DNA of 64,000 nucleotides from a virus (lineage: Duplodnaviria; Caudoviricetes), in the IMG/VR virus record IMGVR_UViG_3300024493_000235, positions 64,001-128,000 of that record; one strand, written 5' to 3'. Made by a program: the position numbers and the translations under genes. Position 1 is the first letter of the stretch. Every line of letters starts with the position of its first letter. The notes beneath the pieces are model-generated. The model did not search any database. It had not been told where the DNA came from and saw only the letters and a program-made list of their open reading frames with translations. This document shows, piece after piece, positions 47,979 to 59,123 of this stretch.

Positions 47979-50900
47979 TTAATCGGAGAGCATGTTGATG
48001 TTAATATCAGCTTTCATCTCCACCGTCCCGTCAGCCTTAAATTTACCTTCGTCAATTTTTTGATTGACGGTTACATACTCAGGGATTGCTTTACTGTCGT
48101 ATGCTGTTTTATCGGCGCCTTTTATTGTTTGCACTTTCGTTTCTGCGCCGTTTAAACTTTCGAACTCGATATAATTAATGTCAGGATATTGTGTCTTTAA
48201 ATACACTAAAAGACCATCCATAGTGAACTTACCAGATTTCATACTATCCGTTAAATAATCCATAGCGGATCTTGATATCGGGTTACGTAAAGATTCTGAC
48301 ATCTCAGGATCGTTAAGACGGCAATTAAGTGTTATCGAAAGGTTTAACTTAGGAAGATTTGTGTAATTTGAAACATCACCAAACCCTTGGATAAACATCA
48401 TCGACGGTCCTACTGTATTATAAAGACCTACGTGAATCGAACTGTTTTGAACAAGTTGTGGAAGAACAGTTTTATGAATAACATCCGTAAGGCTTTTAAG
48501 CTTATTGTAAATCAAATCCTTGTAATAAGGATTTAAAAGTGCCATCATAGAAATCATTGGAAGCCTTTTTATGATAAAGGCATTTTCAGATTCTACTTCA
48601 TATATCGGTTTATTGGTTGTCGGATCATATAAGATTTTTAAATCCCCTTTTAGATGCTCATTTACTTGTTGGTCATGCTCATCCATTACAGGATCTCCTA
48701 ATCTGTTTCCGGGTTTAATAAACGGTTGAGTAGGATCGCTTGGATCCATTTTAATAGTTCCATCTTCTTCATATTCGTAAATTGGAACCTTTCTATATGC
48801 TGGAACGTTTTCTGCATATACTGGCCATACAGGAGGAGTTGCTATAACTTCAAGAGCTGTTGAAAAGGAATTCGATACGTCACGAATAAAATAAAATTGT
48901 TCCGGAATATCAAATACATCAGTTACAACAAATCCGTCTTCAATTTCATCTTTTCTAAGAATGTAGTCCCACGATTTTGTTCCTCTTTTTGTCGACTTGT
49001 AATCGTATAAACTATATGCAACATGGGCTCTTAGGTATACCCTAAATGGTATAAAATACCTATCGGGATTTACAGTAGTTCCGATGTCTTTTAACTGATC
49101 ATCTCCTGTAGGAAATATCTTTTTACCGATAATTCTAAACATGTCATCATTATGAAGACAGTTATCGGTTTCAAGATAAGATGTAAAAATTAACTTTGTG
49201 CCACTGCTATTTGCTTGAACGCTTTCTCCAGCATTGATATATCCGTACGTTCTCTTTTTATCGTCAAGAAGTTCGAGTTTTACTCTCACCTTAAAACGAT
49301 CAAGATCATACGGGCCTAACAGTAAAAATTCCTGCATTAGCATATCGCTAAGGGATACTTCAGTTTTGATTACATATACATTACTCATGATACTTTCACG
49401 TGTTATTGTAATCTTACTTATAGCAAATTTTTCGGGAGAATCAGAATTGCTAAAAACAAACGAGGTACCCAGTATTGTATCACATTGCACATCGTATAGA
49501 GATACAAAGTACGGGTCTTTAAATATTTTTATAAAATATGGGCACATCATAAGTATGCCGTCATACTGCATATATTTGTCGTATATGTATGTCCAATCAG
49601 GTACTTGAGGTATATCTTCTCCCCTGGTGTTTCTTTTCTTTTCGGGGAACATCGCGCTCATTATCGATTTTCCGTCACTATCCGAAGGAGATATTATATA
49701 CCTTGTAAAGTTAAAATATTTAGGATCATCTGCAAGCCAAAATTGATACACATTATTCGGATTTAGGAATCTTGCATCAACGCCTTCCATTTCAAGGGTT
49801 TCTTTCTTTTCATTCACATAGATGTCCCCAGTACGAGATGGAATTACGAATTTATTTTCTGTGTCTTCCAATAAAGTATACGCCATGAATTCTCTATTAA
49901 AAATGTCGTCACGCTGTTTTACAGATTGTACTCCATAACTTTCAAGATACTGACGTAGATCTTCATCAGAGACAATAAGGTGTCTTGAACTCTTATAATC
50001 TACAATAGCAAGACGCAATTCATCAAGAGTTGGTTTGTCTTTTCCATCGCTTGCAGTCTTGTTAAGAATTTCGACATATGGAATTATACCAGAAAAAGCG
50101 TTTTCAAATTTATTTTCGGAGTCTTGAGATAACTCTTTTAAAATCTGATCTCCTGTAAATGTAAAGTTTCCAGCTTTTCCTTCGGTTGTAAATATATCAA
50201 TGCGTAAACGGGAATTAAACTCAGGTGACCAGTGCCTTGGGTCGTTTGAAAAAGAGATGGTGAAAGTATTATCATCCATAAGTCTGTAATAACAGAACGG
50301 ATTTCCAGATGACATTAAAGTTCCGAGATAAAGTTTGTTTAACTTCATCCATTCTCTTTGATCATTGTTTCGTTTATACAAAACTTCAAAACCGGCAAGT
50401 TGTCCTTCAAAAGAAAAGGTATATATGTCGGCTGTAGCAATATTTGGCACATATGTAAGTTCTCGTTTTTCATATATAAGCTGTCTTACCGGTGTTTTAA
50501 ATATAAAATACTCAATTCCATCAAGAAATTGTGTCTTCCCTATCATAAGAGGAGCTTGGATATCCGAATATGGATTTTTTGTAGTCATATCATAGCTACA
50601 AGAAATGCTTTTACTCGTTTCGTTAAGACCAGGCTGCACAATGATATTAATAGGATAATCAAGTTTAAACCTGAATCTATCTAATCCTATCACCGTGTTT
50701 TCAGAGAGGGTAAGCATGCTGTAACTACGAGTAAGATTTCCGGGTTCTGTATACGGAATAGCCTTTCGCTTTATATCCTTTACAGGGATTGCAAATAATA
50801 TCTCGATTTTTGACGGTTTTGCAAAAAAATCATGGATGTGTGCAACCGTAGCGTGCAAATACACGCTATCGTCAAATTTTGCCGCTGTCGGAAATATCTC

Positions 50901-51104
50901 TTTACTGCGAGAGTTTACATTGAAGTATTGGTCTTCTATGGCGTTAGCTATAAAATCAAGTGTAACACCTATTATACCTGCATTAAGATTTGATACATCG
51001 GCTCCATCTGCCCTTTCTTCAAACTTCTCTCTAAGCGTTTGTATAAACTTCGACTTGATAGCGGCAGAAGATTTGCCGTAATCAAGGATATCGTCACCTA
51101 CCAT
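47979..51104 (-). CDS. putative baseplate wedge protein
   Basis: 1041 aa; N-terminal EIFPTAA..SVY.HA, TTEGKAGNF and DGKD..LDELR as in baseplate J/gp6-like proteins. Confidence 0.65.
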   Translation of the reverse strand: MVGDDILDYGKSSAAIKSKFIQTLREKFEERADGADVSNLNAGIIGVTLDFIANAIEDQYFNVNSRSKEIFPTAAKFDDSVYLHATVAHIHDFFAKPSKIEILFAIPVKDIKRKAIPYTEPGNLTRSYSMLTLSENTVIGLDRFRFKLDYPINIIVQPGLNETSKSISCSYDMTTKNPYSDIQAPLMIGKTQFLDGIEYFIFKTPVRQLIYEKRELTYVPNIATADIYTFSFEGQLAGFEVLYKRNNDQREWMKLNKLYLGTLMSSGNPFCYYRLMDDNTFTISFSNDPRHWSPEFNSRLRIDIFTTEGKAGNFTFTGDQILKELSQDSENKFENAFSGIIPYVEILNKTASDGKDKPTLDELRLAIVDYKSSRHLIVSDEDLRQYLESYGVQSVKQRDDIFNREFMAYTLLEDTENKFVIPSRTGDIYVNEKKETLEMEGVDARFLNPNNVYQFWLADDPKYFNFTRYIISPSDSDGKSIMSAMFPEKKRNTRGEDIPQVPDWTYIYDKYMQYDGILMMCPYFIKIFKDPYFVSLYDVQCDTILGTSFVFSNSDSPEKFAISKITITRESIMSNVYVIKTEVSLSDMLMQEFLLLGPYDLDRFKVRVKLELLDDKKRTYGYINAGESVQANSSGTKLIFTSYLETDNCLHNDDMFRIIGKKIFPTGDDQLKDIGTTVNPDRYFIPFRVYLRAHVAYSLYDYKSTKRGTKSWDYILRKDEIEDGFVVTDVFDIPEQFYFIRDVSNSFSTALEVIATPPVWPVYAENVPAYRKVPIYEYEEDGTIKMDPSDPTQPFIKPGNRLGDPVMDEHDQQVNEHLKGDLKILYDPTTNKPIYEVESENAFIIKRLPMISMMALLNPYYKDLIYNKLKSLTDVIHKTVLPQLVQNSSIHVGLYNTVGPSMMFIQGFGDVSNYTNLPKLNLSITLNCRLNDPEMSESLRNPISRSAMDYLTDSMKSGKFTMDGLLVYLKTQYPDINYIEFESLNGAETKVQTIKGADKTAYDSKAIPEYVTVNQKIDEGKFKADGTVEMKADININMLSD

Positions 51105-51119
51105 TGCAAATCTCCTTTT

Positions 51120-52433
51120 TTAGAACGACCTGTATACCAATTTTCCCTCATACACCCAAGGATGAGCAACCCACTGGTTTTGTACATCAGGATAAAATAT
51201 ACCGTGTTCGTATTTTGGTTTCTTAGTATCAGGATTAATTCCTGTTGACATAAGACGAGAATACTTATTGTTCTTTATTTGAGTTTCAAGATCCTTTTCG
51301 GCTTTTTCCCAAGTAATGACAAAGTTATTCTTTCTGAATTTCATAAGCTCGTTGTTAAAAGTCATCACATCATTTTCAAGACGTTCCTGCGGAAGCTGAT
51401 CTTTCATGTATTGAATAGTATGATTAAAGTCCCATATAATTTCAGGATTCATGATTTCCGCATGATTGTAATGATATGTAATTGTCATACTCGGATCTGC
51501 GGGGGTTCCTCTTTTACTTGGAATTAAAGCTGTTGCTGGGAGATTGATAGGAAATACTCCTGTAAGTTTTCCATATATCTTTATAGACATTCCATCAGGA
51601 CCCGTTACAAACCAATAAATCGATGCCATGTAATCATAGTACAATTCGACTATCGATTTCATGCTTGGAACCATTATGCCCTTACCTGTCTTATCCATGT
51701 ACATCATCCAAAGATAATGCATCATAAGAATATCAAGATTTGAAGTTTCGTCGTAAGTTATAGTAACTTGTCCTGAAGAAGTTGATTCATCCATACCTTT
51801 GGCATCAGATGTTTTATTTCCGGCTTGATCTCCATCATAGTCATATTTTTCCATGACAAAATCTTGCATACCGCTTATGCTTGTTGAAAGGTTTGATAAT
51901 AACGGTATAAAAGGGGTTCCACGAAGTTGATTTAATCCATGCGTCCTTACATTTTGCCATAGGGCCTTTCCGTAATTGGATTTACTTTCTCCAACACCTA
52001 CAATACCATCCCATTTACTTACAAGATCTTCAGGGGATTGATTGTTATAACCATCATCAGAAAGAGGACCTAAAAACATGCCATACGGAGGCATAAGAGA
52101 TCCCAATAAAAGACATCCTTCAAAACTGGAAGCGGCTAATGCTAATGACGGATCCATCGTAAGATTGTTGGCTGTAAAAGCACAAAACGGACGAGTTATA
52201 AAAATATGTAATCCGGACGCTACATGAGGGTTAAAATAATCTAATCTGTGAAGAGAATTGTATAATCTTAAATATGAAGAATCGTCCATGACATCTTGTC
52301 CGGACATAATCATCGCTTCAAAATATTTTTCCATTATATCGTCATTTGTTATCTCCATCTTCTCTCTAGGAGGATGGACTGAAAATGGATTTATAGGCAT
52401 TTCCGCACCAGAAGATTTGTTGGCCATATTCAT
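51120..52433 (-). CDS. putative tail-tube-initiator/baseplate protein
   Basis: HIFITRP, YDYMASIYWF, GVFP tube-like pattern; late promoter 52461-52472. Confidence 0.55.
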   Translation of the reverse strand: MNMANKSSGAEMPINPFSVHPPREKMEITNDDIMEKYFEAMIMSGQDVMDDSSYLRLYNSLHRLDYFNPHVASGLHIFITRPFCAFTANNLTMDPSLALAASSFEGCLLLGSLMPPYGMFLGPLSDDGYNNQSPEDLVSKWDGIVGVGESKSNYGKALWQNVRTHGLNQLRGTPFIPLLSNLSTSISGMQDFVMEKYDYDGDQAGNKTSDAKGMDESTSSGQVTITYDETSNLDILMMHYLWMMYMDKTGKGIMVPSMKSIVELYYDYMASIYWFVTGPDGMSIKIYGKLTGVFPINLPATALIPSKRGTPADPSMTITYHYNHAEIMNPEIIWDFNHTIQYMKDQLPQERLENDVMTFNNELMKFRKNNFVITWEKAEKDLETQIKNNKYSRLMSTGINPDTKKPKYEHGIFYPDVQNQWVAHPWVYEGKLVYRSF

Positions 52434-52548
52434 TATTCTCCTATTAAAGATGTCCTACATTATCCAGATGTTTCACGATAAAAATTAACTTAAAATATAA
52501 GTATATATAATAAAATTGGCACTAGAAGATATAAAAGGAGCTAGTACT

Positions 52549-52857
52549 ATGAGTGAATTTGTAAACAAAAAAGACAAAGACTCGGCTATCTACAAAGACG
52601 ACCAGGAAATCGCAGATGTCATCTTAGAAGAGATAAATCCGCGAGTATTAACGACAGAAATCGTAGACGCAGATGTAATCAGCGTGCTACGAGAAGCAAA
52701 GAAAAACGTTAGGGTGAATATAGATCCTAACAAAATCTTAGAACCATATATCAATACACGCACAAAACGAACAAGGGATCCATCAGGAACTACGGCTCCA
52801 AGACACAGACGAAGAATCAAAGTAAGAGATCATGAAGCAAATTCAAAAAGATTTTAA
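52549..52857 (+). CDS. hypothetical protein
   Basis: Promoter at 52502; start MSEF after AAGGAG. Confidence 0.65.
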   Translation: MSEFVNKKDKDSAIYKDDQEIADVILEEINPRVLTTEIVDADVISVLREAKKNVRVNIDPNKILEPYINTRTKRTRDPSGTTAPRHRRRIKVRDHEANSKRF

Positions 52858-52953
52858 TAAGTAAAGGAAGGGGAAACCCTTCCTTTATTGTTCTTTTTTG
52901 TAAGTGAAAAACATCATAGTAAGCAGATTTTAGCCTAAAATGAGGAGGATTAT

Positions 52954-54288
52954 ATGCTGCATTCTTTAGGTATGGTTTCAGATATCGTAAGATACGTTTC
53001 AAGTAAAAGAGGCACATTAACCGAAGATGAACAACAAAGTCTTTTAAATATGTATGGAGAATTAAAGACTTTGTCACAACCCAAATCGATAGCATCGGAA
53101 TCAAAATCGAGTATATTTGATTATCCGTTTTTAATATCGAGCAACGTTTCACAATTGGAACACATAGCTGGTATTATGAAGGGTTGTGAAATCGAATATG
53201 CTAACATGATTATTCTTATGAGTGGAGTAAATCCAACCATAGATAACGATCAGCAAATTAAGATAAAAAGAACCCTCTCAAAATATCACACTTCTGGAGC
53301 TGATTACTCTGCCAAATACGAAGATTACAGCGTAGATAACGTTGTAGAAAAAACAATTGATGAATCGTGGAAAGCTGTCGCCATGGAAGATGACGATGAT
53401 AAAGATGAAAAGGGCGGCGGTAAAAAGAAAGGCGGTAGACAATGGGGCGGAAATCCAGATCCCGAATTTGACAAAAAGGGGAATCCGAACCCTAGAAATC
53501 CATTAAAGGTAACTGAAAACGAAATTAATAGTGCAAAAGCCGCAGCACAATTTGATGGCAGTGGCGCTAACAAATGTTACTCAACAAAGGTTGTGCATGA
53601 CAAATATGCAAACATGTTTAACATGACCATCATTGAAATTGTCGTAAGACTTGACAGCACAGACGACACATCGATAAAGATTCCAATCGGTGTTCATGGC
53701 ACAGCACACCATCTTCCTTTCCAAGAGCTTATATATGTGATGACTCGGTACATAACGGGAAGAGCCCAAGGGTTTTTAAACCGGTTTATTCGCTGGACTT
53801 CCGGTGAAATAAAAGGCCTTCACAATCTCTTATTCCGATACAGTGAAATAAAGAGCGATATCGAATACGAAAGACGTGTCGGAACAAGTAACTCTTGGAT
53901 TAAGGTTCTTCGTTCTCGTGCAAATAACCGCAGGGTAAATATTTTGCAAAGGTCGATAGGACTTGCAAAAGACGGAAATTGCACTTATCCTAACTGCAAC
54001 GACATACTTCCTGATTGTACATTCGTTATAAGCATGGGAGATGTCGATGTTATCGAACAACAGACCGGCATTAACATTTTTCAAGATCCTATTAAAGCTA
54101 AGAAGTTCTTGGACGATGCTATGGGATTGGGTCTTGTAATTGTTGACGATGTACACGATATCGTTCATGTGCTTTTTGCATCTTACACAAAGTTCCAATC
54201 GAACCCTATAAAAGCGTTCGCATCGGAATACAGATCAAAGGGAGATAATACAAACATATTAATCGACCTTATGAAGAAATTAGGATAA
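52954..54288 (+). CDS. putative virion protein
   Basis: Late promoter 52910-52921; internal AME site. Confidence 0.65.
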   Translation: MLHSLGMVSDIVRYVSSKRGTLTEDEQQSLLNMYGELKTLSQPKSIASESKSSIFDYPFLISSNVSQLEHIAGIMKGCEIEYANMIILMSGVNPTIDNDQQIKIKRTLSKYHTSGADYSAKYEDYSVDNVVEKTIDESWKAVAMEDDDDKDEKGGGKKKGGRQWGGNPDPEFDKKGNPNPRNPLKVTENEINSAKAAAQFDGSGANKCYSTKVVHDKYANMFNMTIIEIVVRLDSTDDTSIKIPIGVHGTAHHLPFQELIYVMTRYITGRAQGFLNRFIRWTSGEIKGLHNLLFRYSEIKSDIEYERRVGTSNSWIKVLRSRANNRRVNILQRSIGLAKDGNCTYPNCNDILPDCTFVISMGDVDVIEQQTGINIFQDPIKAKKFLDDAMGLGLVIVDDVHDIVHVLFASYTKFQSNPIKAFASEYRSKGDNTNILIDLMKKLG

Positions 54289-54300
54289 TAAGGAGAGACC

Positions 54301-55416
54301 ATGTCAGAAATATTTGGACACGATCCTGCAACACCAAAAGACAAGCCGAAACCAGAGGTTTGGACAGAGGACTTCATGCAGATCCTTACTAACGAAAAAT
54401 CCCGTTCATTTTTTTGTGAAAACGTGGACGGGAAACTTACTGTTACAAACGAATCGGTAAAATCTTTTGTACTCGAGAAGTTATATGAGTTGGTTTCCAA
54501 AAAGATATCCCAACTCGATCCCGACTATCAGGAGATTTTAAACACCAAAGGTGATTACACAAAGTACAAATACTACGCCATAATATCCCAGACTGTAAAG
54601 TCCTTAAGCTCTCTTATAAAAGAGCAAAAAGGAAAAATGTCCGATATAAGCACGTACCAACTTGAAGAGGTGTTTAAAGCTCATGACAACCTCGTTAAGA
54701 ATGTCAAGAGTATAAAAGATGCTTTTACATACGATATAGTAGTTGTAAAACAGTATTACCTTGTCGTAGTTTCTTCAATTATTTACTCACTGGGATTTGT
54801 CGTTTCAACAATGATTGATTACGAAAGGCGGGATGCGAAAGTTCCATACGATCTTATATTCAAAAACGTCAACATTATGGAACGAGGGCTTCCAAAAAAC
54901 ATGATGAGCACAATTCAGATGTTTAATACCGATATCCAAAAAGGCGCAATCATTAAAACCGTGAATACCATGAAAAATAAAAAACCTTCTGCCATGGTGC
55001 AAAAAGAAGGAGCGAAAGTTTCCATGGAATTCGGTATCACTACTGCTACGGCTTTGTGGGTTGGTGTTGGCATTATAAGCATCATAATTTTACTTCCGCT
55101 TATAAGACACCTTATATACTTTTTCTTACATACAAAGGTCCGTCTTTCCGAATATTGTGAACAGCAAGCAAACTACTTAGAGCTTAACATTAGAGCTTTA
55201 AGAAGTCAAGGCGCTGATCCGAAAATAATCGAGAAACAAGAAAAAGCTGTAAAGAAATTGCAAGATTTTGCAGCTAAGCTTTCTGGCGATATATACAACA
55301 CACAGAAAAAGGTCGACAGTGATATACAAGATGAAGATAGGGATGTCGTTCGTGAAGCCGATAGAAAGGAAAAGGATTCAGGAGACGATTTATCTGATTC
55401 TGAAGTAGTCCTGTAG
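54301..55416 (+). CDS. putative virion protein with hydrophobic segments
   Basis: Late operon; SME followed by a hydrophobic helix. Confidence 0.65.
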   Translation: MSEIFGHDPATPKDKPKPEVWTEDFMQILTNEKSRSFFCENVDGKLTVTNESVKSFVLEKLYELVSKKISQLDPDYQEILNTKGDYTKYKYYAIISQTVKSLSSLIKEQKGKMSDISTYQLEEVFKAHDNLVKNVKSIKDAFTYDIVVVKQYYLVVVSSIIYSLGFVVSTMIDYERRDAKVPYDLIFKNVNIMERGLPKNMMSTIQMFNTDIQKGAIIKTVNTMKNKKPSAMVQKEGAKVSMEFGITTATALWVGVGIISIIILLPLIRHLIYFFLHTKVRLSEYCEQQANYLELNIRALRSQGADPKIIEKQEKAVKKLQDFAAKLSGDIYNTQKKVDSDIQDEDRDVVREADRKEKDSGDDLSDSEVVL

Positions 55417-55424
55417 GAGGATGT

Positions 55425-56528
55425 ATGGAAACAGATATCACCCAGGACTCAAGCGATGCTATTGCAATTGAAGCCGAAATGGTTAGCCTCATGACAGAAG
55501 CAGGGGAGCTCGAAATAACTCTTGGAGAATTGTTTACGGACTTAGACGGACTTAAAAATGCAAGACTTGTAATTGAGGCATCCGTAACCCAAGAACAATC
55601 GCAGCGGTTCGCTTTTGAAAGTATTATCGATGAAGAAGATTCCGTATGGAAAAAAATTGTCGATACCATAAAAAAATGGATTGAGAAGATAAAGGAACTA
55701 TGGGGCAAATTTATTCAGTGGCTTAAAAGCTGTTCCTATGAAACTGAAAGTGACAGATATTACAAACACCGAGGTCTCTGTGCAGTAGGAATAGAGCATG
55801 CCACAGCAGGAGATACTGTAACGATAAAAAATTACGTTATCGATAATCCAATGGAAACCGTTGTTTCTGATATACTTGCAATAAACTCAAGCCTTGATGC
55901 GTTCTATGAACTTGCAAAAAAGACTGTTACAGATTTTCTCAATCCGTCTCCCACAGTTCGAAAGTCATTTTGGGAGAAACTCAAGGAAAAATTCAAAGGC
56001 GCTCCACCTGCACAAGCTCACGTATCAGAAGTTATACGCGCGGAATGGGAAAAACTCGAAGTACAAATAGGTATCAAAGGGATGGAAGGATCTTTTACAT
56101 CTCAAAATGTAAAACACATGATATCCCTTAAGTACTTCAAAAACGGTGACAAAAAAGAAAAGAAAGAAGTCCCTGTAAAGGACTTTGCCAAAACCATTCA
56201 AATAATTGATTCTTTTTTAGAGCAAAGCAAAATAAAAGAGCTTGAAAAAATGTGCACGGTTATTCGCAATGGTTCGACAGAACTGCAAAAACTACTTCAT
56301 GATATCGAGAAATACAAAATGCAGGATCTGTCCAAAGAACAGGATGCTGAGCTTATGAAGGATATTGCAATGGGTAAAAATGGATCAATTATAATCATTC
56401 GTAATACCCTTTCTATCTGCAATGCGATAGGACAGTTATACTGGGGTATCTTTCTTATGATACGGGAAGATGTCAAAAAATGCGTATCGACGTATTGTAA
56501 AATCGCAAAAAAGCGAAAGAAATCCTGA
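55425..56528 (+). CDS. putative internal head protein
   Basis: Acidic propeptide, then amphipathic WKKIVDTIKKWIEKIKELW. Confidence 0.6.
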   Translation: METDITQDSSDAIAIEAEMVSLMTEAGELEITLGELFTDLDGLKNARLVIEASVTQEQSQRFAFESIIDEEDSVWKKIVDTIKKWIEKIKELWGKFIQWLKSCSYETESDRYYKHRGLCAVGIEHATAGDTVTIKNYVIDNPMETVVSDILAINSSLDAFYELAKKTVTDFLNPSPTVRKSFWEKLKEKFKGAPPAQAHVSEVIRAEWEKLEVQIGIKGMEGSFTSQNVKHMISLKYFKNGDKKEKKEVPVKDFAKTIQIIDSFLEQSKIKELEKMCTVIRNGSTELQKLLHDIEKYKMQDLSKEQDAELMKDIAMGKNGSIIIIRNTLSICNAIGQLYWGIFLMIREDVKKCVSTYCKIAKKRKKS

Positions 56529-56533
56529 TTATC

Positions 56534-56609
56534 CCTAGGGCTATAATGGCCCTAGGGTATTTTTCTTCAATTTACCCCCCCCCCCGATATTGAAACAATA
56601 TAATAATCT
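56534..56609 (+). repeat. terminator + poly-C(11) + late promoter module, copy 1
   Basis: Identical to 60422-60495 except for C-tract length. Confidence 0.9.
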
Positions 56610-56642
56610 ATAAGATAATTTTTTATAAAAAGGAGAAATATC

Positions 56643-57368
56643 ATGGGAGAACGAATAAAAGAAGTAACTCTCGAAGAACTTCTTGAAGAACCCGAAGTTG
56701 TTATAGAGCAAACCGAAGGAATCGAAGCGTACGAATGTTTCATTGACAACCCAAATATGGGTTTAGCTTTCGCCGATATGGGAGAAGTTACCGTTGAAAA
56801 ATGGATTGGACATGCTGCAGATAAGAAAGCTCCAGATGCGATTAAACTTCGTATTTCAAAGTTGGGATTTGGGGGCGATGCGATCCTTCCCGACGGTTCA
56901 AAAGTAAAATTAACGTACAAAGATGTGTTAGGCTCCACGTATGTTAAAAACGCCCTTAAAGAGTGGGATGATTATTACGTCAAACAACTCGGATACAGGC
57001 AATTCACTCAGGAAGATAAAGGTAAAATGAAAACCGATTTCTCCCAATATCTGTGTAAGTTATTTAGCCTTACTTGGACATCTAAACTTTCTTGTGAGGT
57101 GATAGACGGTCACGGATATTTCTCACAATTTGCAACAACTTTGGGAAAAGAGATCATCGATAATTTGGAAAGACCACAAAACGAGATGAAGTGGGCTGCA
57201 AATCAAGGTGGTGTATTTATCATCTATGTGAAGCCTAGCCAAGACGGAAAACCGGATAAAGTTTTCTCAAGACGTTTTATTACACTCGGTGTTATCACCA
57301 AAAAAGCGAACTATTTCGAAAAAAGAGGCGGCTCGGGCGGTATCGATATCGGAAAGATAAACAAATAA
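56643..57368 (+). CDS. putative internal head protein
   Basis: KEVTLEELLEEPEVV N-terminus; late promoter. Confidence 0.6.
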   Translation: MGERIKEVTLEELLEEPEVVIEQTEGIEAYECFIDNPNMGLAFADMGEVTVEKWIGHAADKKAPDAIKLRISKLGFGGDAILPDGSKVKLTYKDVLGSTYVKNALKEWDDYYVKQLGYRQFTQEDKGKMKTDFSQYLCKLFSLTWTSKLSCEVIDGHGYFSQFATTLGKEIIDNLERPQNEMKWAANQGGVFIIYVKPSQDGKPDKVFSRRFITLGVITKKANYFEKRGGSGGIDIGKINK

Positions 57369-57522
57369 AAATATACGAGGGGCTATATAGCCCCTCGTAT
57401 ATTTTTAAAAGCTACATTATATTATTCTGTACCTTTTTCTTCTGTCGACACTTCTACAAATTCTCCGTTATAAAATACGTTAAAACAAACAAAAAATATA
57501 AGGGGCTTTAAAGCCCCTTATA

Positions 57523-58104
57523 TTAATCATTTACGCCTTTGATATAATCGGGAATTGTTGGTTCTTCTTTTGTATGCTTGTCACCTTTATTATCTCCCAC
57601 AGTACGTTGTATGATCTTCTTTACCTCATATTCAAGATTATACTCTTTTCTTATGAGAAGATCCTCCATTTGCCGTCTACATTTTCTTTCCATTGATGTG
57701 CGGTTTATTAAGAATGCTGTAATCCACCCGATGAAAAGAAATATTCCTGCACACGATGTGTATAAAGTGACCATCTCAACAAAAGGATTGTTCTTCATAG
57801 TTTGGTGTGCAGCAACAACAAGACATACAGTGCCGATTAAAATTAGAATCCCAAATGTGGCGAAGATAAAAGCTTTAAACGTTGTTGCGGCTTTGACATC
57901 CTTATATAGCAATAAAAGTGATCTTTTGCACATGTATATACATTCTTTCACATGATCCCGCATCTCATTCTTTAAGACTTCGATTTCAGGATCATCTACT
58001 GACATCATCCATTTCTTGCCGTCAATTTCGTCAAATGCCTTGGTAAAAGACCCTAATGATCTTTCTAAAATATTAGCTAATTCGGTTCTTTCTTTTTTAT
58101 TCAT
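57523..58104 (-). CDS. two-transmembrane membrane protein
   Basis: Two hydrophobic segments; early-type promoter 58124-58133 on the minus strand. Confidence 0.7.
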   Translation of the reverse strand: MNKKERTELANILERSLGSFTKAFDEIDGKKWMMSVDDPEIEVLKNEMRDHVKECIYMCKRSLLLLYKDVKAATTFKAFIFATFGILILIGTVCLVVAAHQTMKNNPFVEMVTLYTSCAGIFLFIGWITAFLINRTSMERKCRRQMEDLLIRKEYNLEYEVKKIIQRTVGDNKGDKHTKEEPTIPDYIKGVND

Positions 58105-58175
58105 TTTTATTCCTCCTAACCTTATTATATATAGGTATTAAAAGCTTTGAAACAAGTAGATAAAAGGAGACATAT

Positions 58176-59123
58176 ATGGACGAAATATCATTAAATTCTC
58201 TTCTGGGAGAAGAATATACATATTGTAAAGAAGATCCTATGAATGTGATGATCGAATGTATGGATATACAAAACGAGATTATATCGCATTATGAAAATCT
58301 TCTAACACTCGAAGCCGCAAAAGAAGTGAAAAAACATAAGAAATCTTTTACAGGTGGGACAGGTCCACTTCCTACAAATACAAAACCGACCCTTACAATC
58401 GATGATTTTGATGAAGGACATGATAAAACTGTCGAAGTTGATTTCGAAGAAAAAATCGGAACTGAAAAGAATTCTCTTTACACTTCTGTAAAAAGACTTC
58501 TTACAAAAATAAAAGAGTGGATCCAAAGCATTGTGTTTAAATTGATAACTCTTATAAGGAAAGATGAACTTACACTTAGGAATCCTACAAATATACATAA
58601 AATAAACACGTTCTTAACACAAGGAAAAGCTCTTAATACTTATCCTTTTCCAAGAGAACCTGAAACTCTGGTACAGGAAATATTACAAGATATATCCCGT
58701 ATCTGTAATAAAGTATTAACACCTTCTTTTAAATCTCAAATAACAGATTCAGCAGACCTTCCATTTGTGAATGAAACTGTAATGGGAATTTCTCTTAACC
58801 TTTCTAGGGAAGATATATTAAAAGAACTAAGAAAGAAATTACTTGGAGGTGCTTTAACTACTAGATCCGTTCCCTTACTTGATGCGCATATTACGATTGC
58901 AACCTTTGATTATTTTATCAAAAAAGCACCAGCGGATTTAAAAGACGTACAAAAAAGCTTTCATGTGGCAGAATCTGTGTTTCCCTCGTATGATGTGGCT
59001 TCAGATACCTTAAACACATATAAAGTATCAATATTTGTGGCTCAAAAGGCCATTTTTACCTCATTGCAGGCCGTTTCTAAAATTATCTTCCACATATCTT
59101 CTCTTATCCACCAATGTGTCTAA
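58176..59123 (+). CDS. putative internal head protein (paralogue of 59251)
   Basis: EISLNSLL, IECMDI, LLTLEAAK, GGTGPLPT; late promoter 58151-58162. Confidence 0.65.
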   Translation: MDEISLNSLLGEEYTYCKEDPMNVMIECMDIQNEIISHYENLLTLEAAKEVKKHKKSFTGGTGPLPTNTKPTLTIDDFDEGHDKTVEVDFEEKIGTEKNSLYTSVKRLLTKIKEWIQSIVFKLITLIRKDELTLRNPTNIHKINTFLTQGKALNTYPFPREPETLVQEILQDISRICNKVLTPSFKSQITDSADLPFVNETVMGISLNLSREDILKELRKKLLGGALTTRSVPLLDAHITIATFDYFIKKAPADLKDVQKSFHVAESVFPSYDVASDTLNTYKVSIFVAQKAIFTSLQAVSKIIFHISSLIHQCV

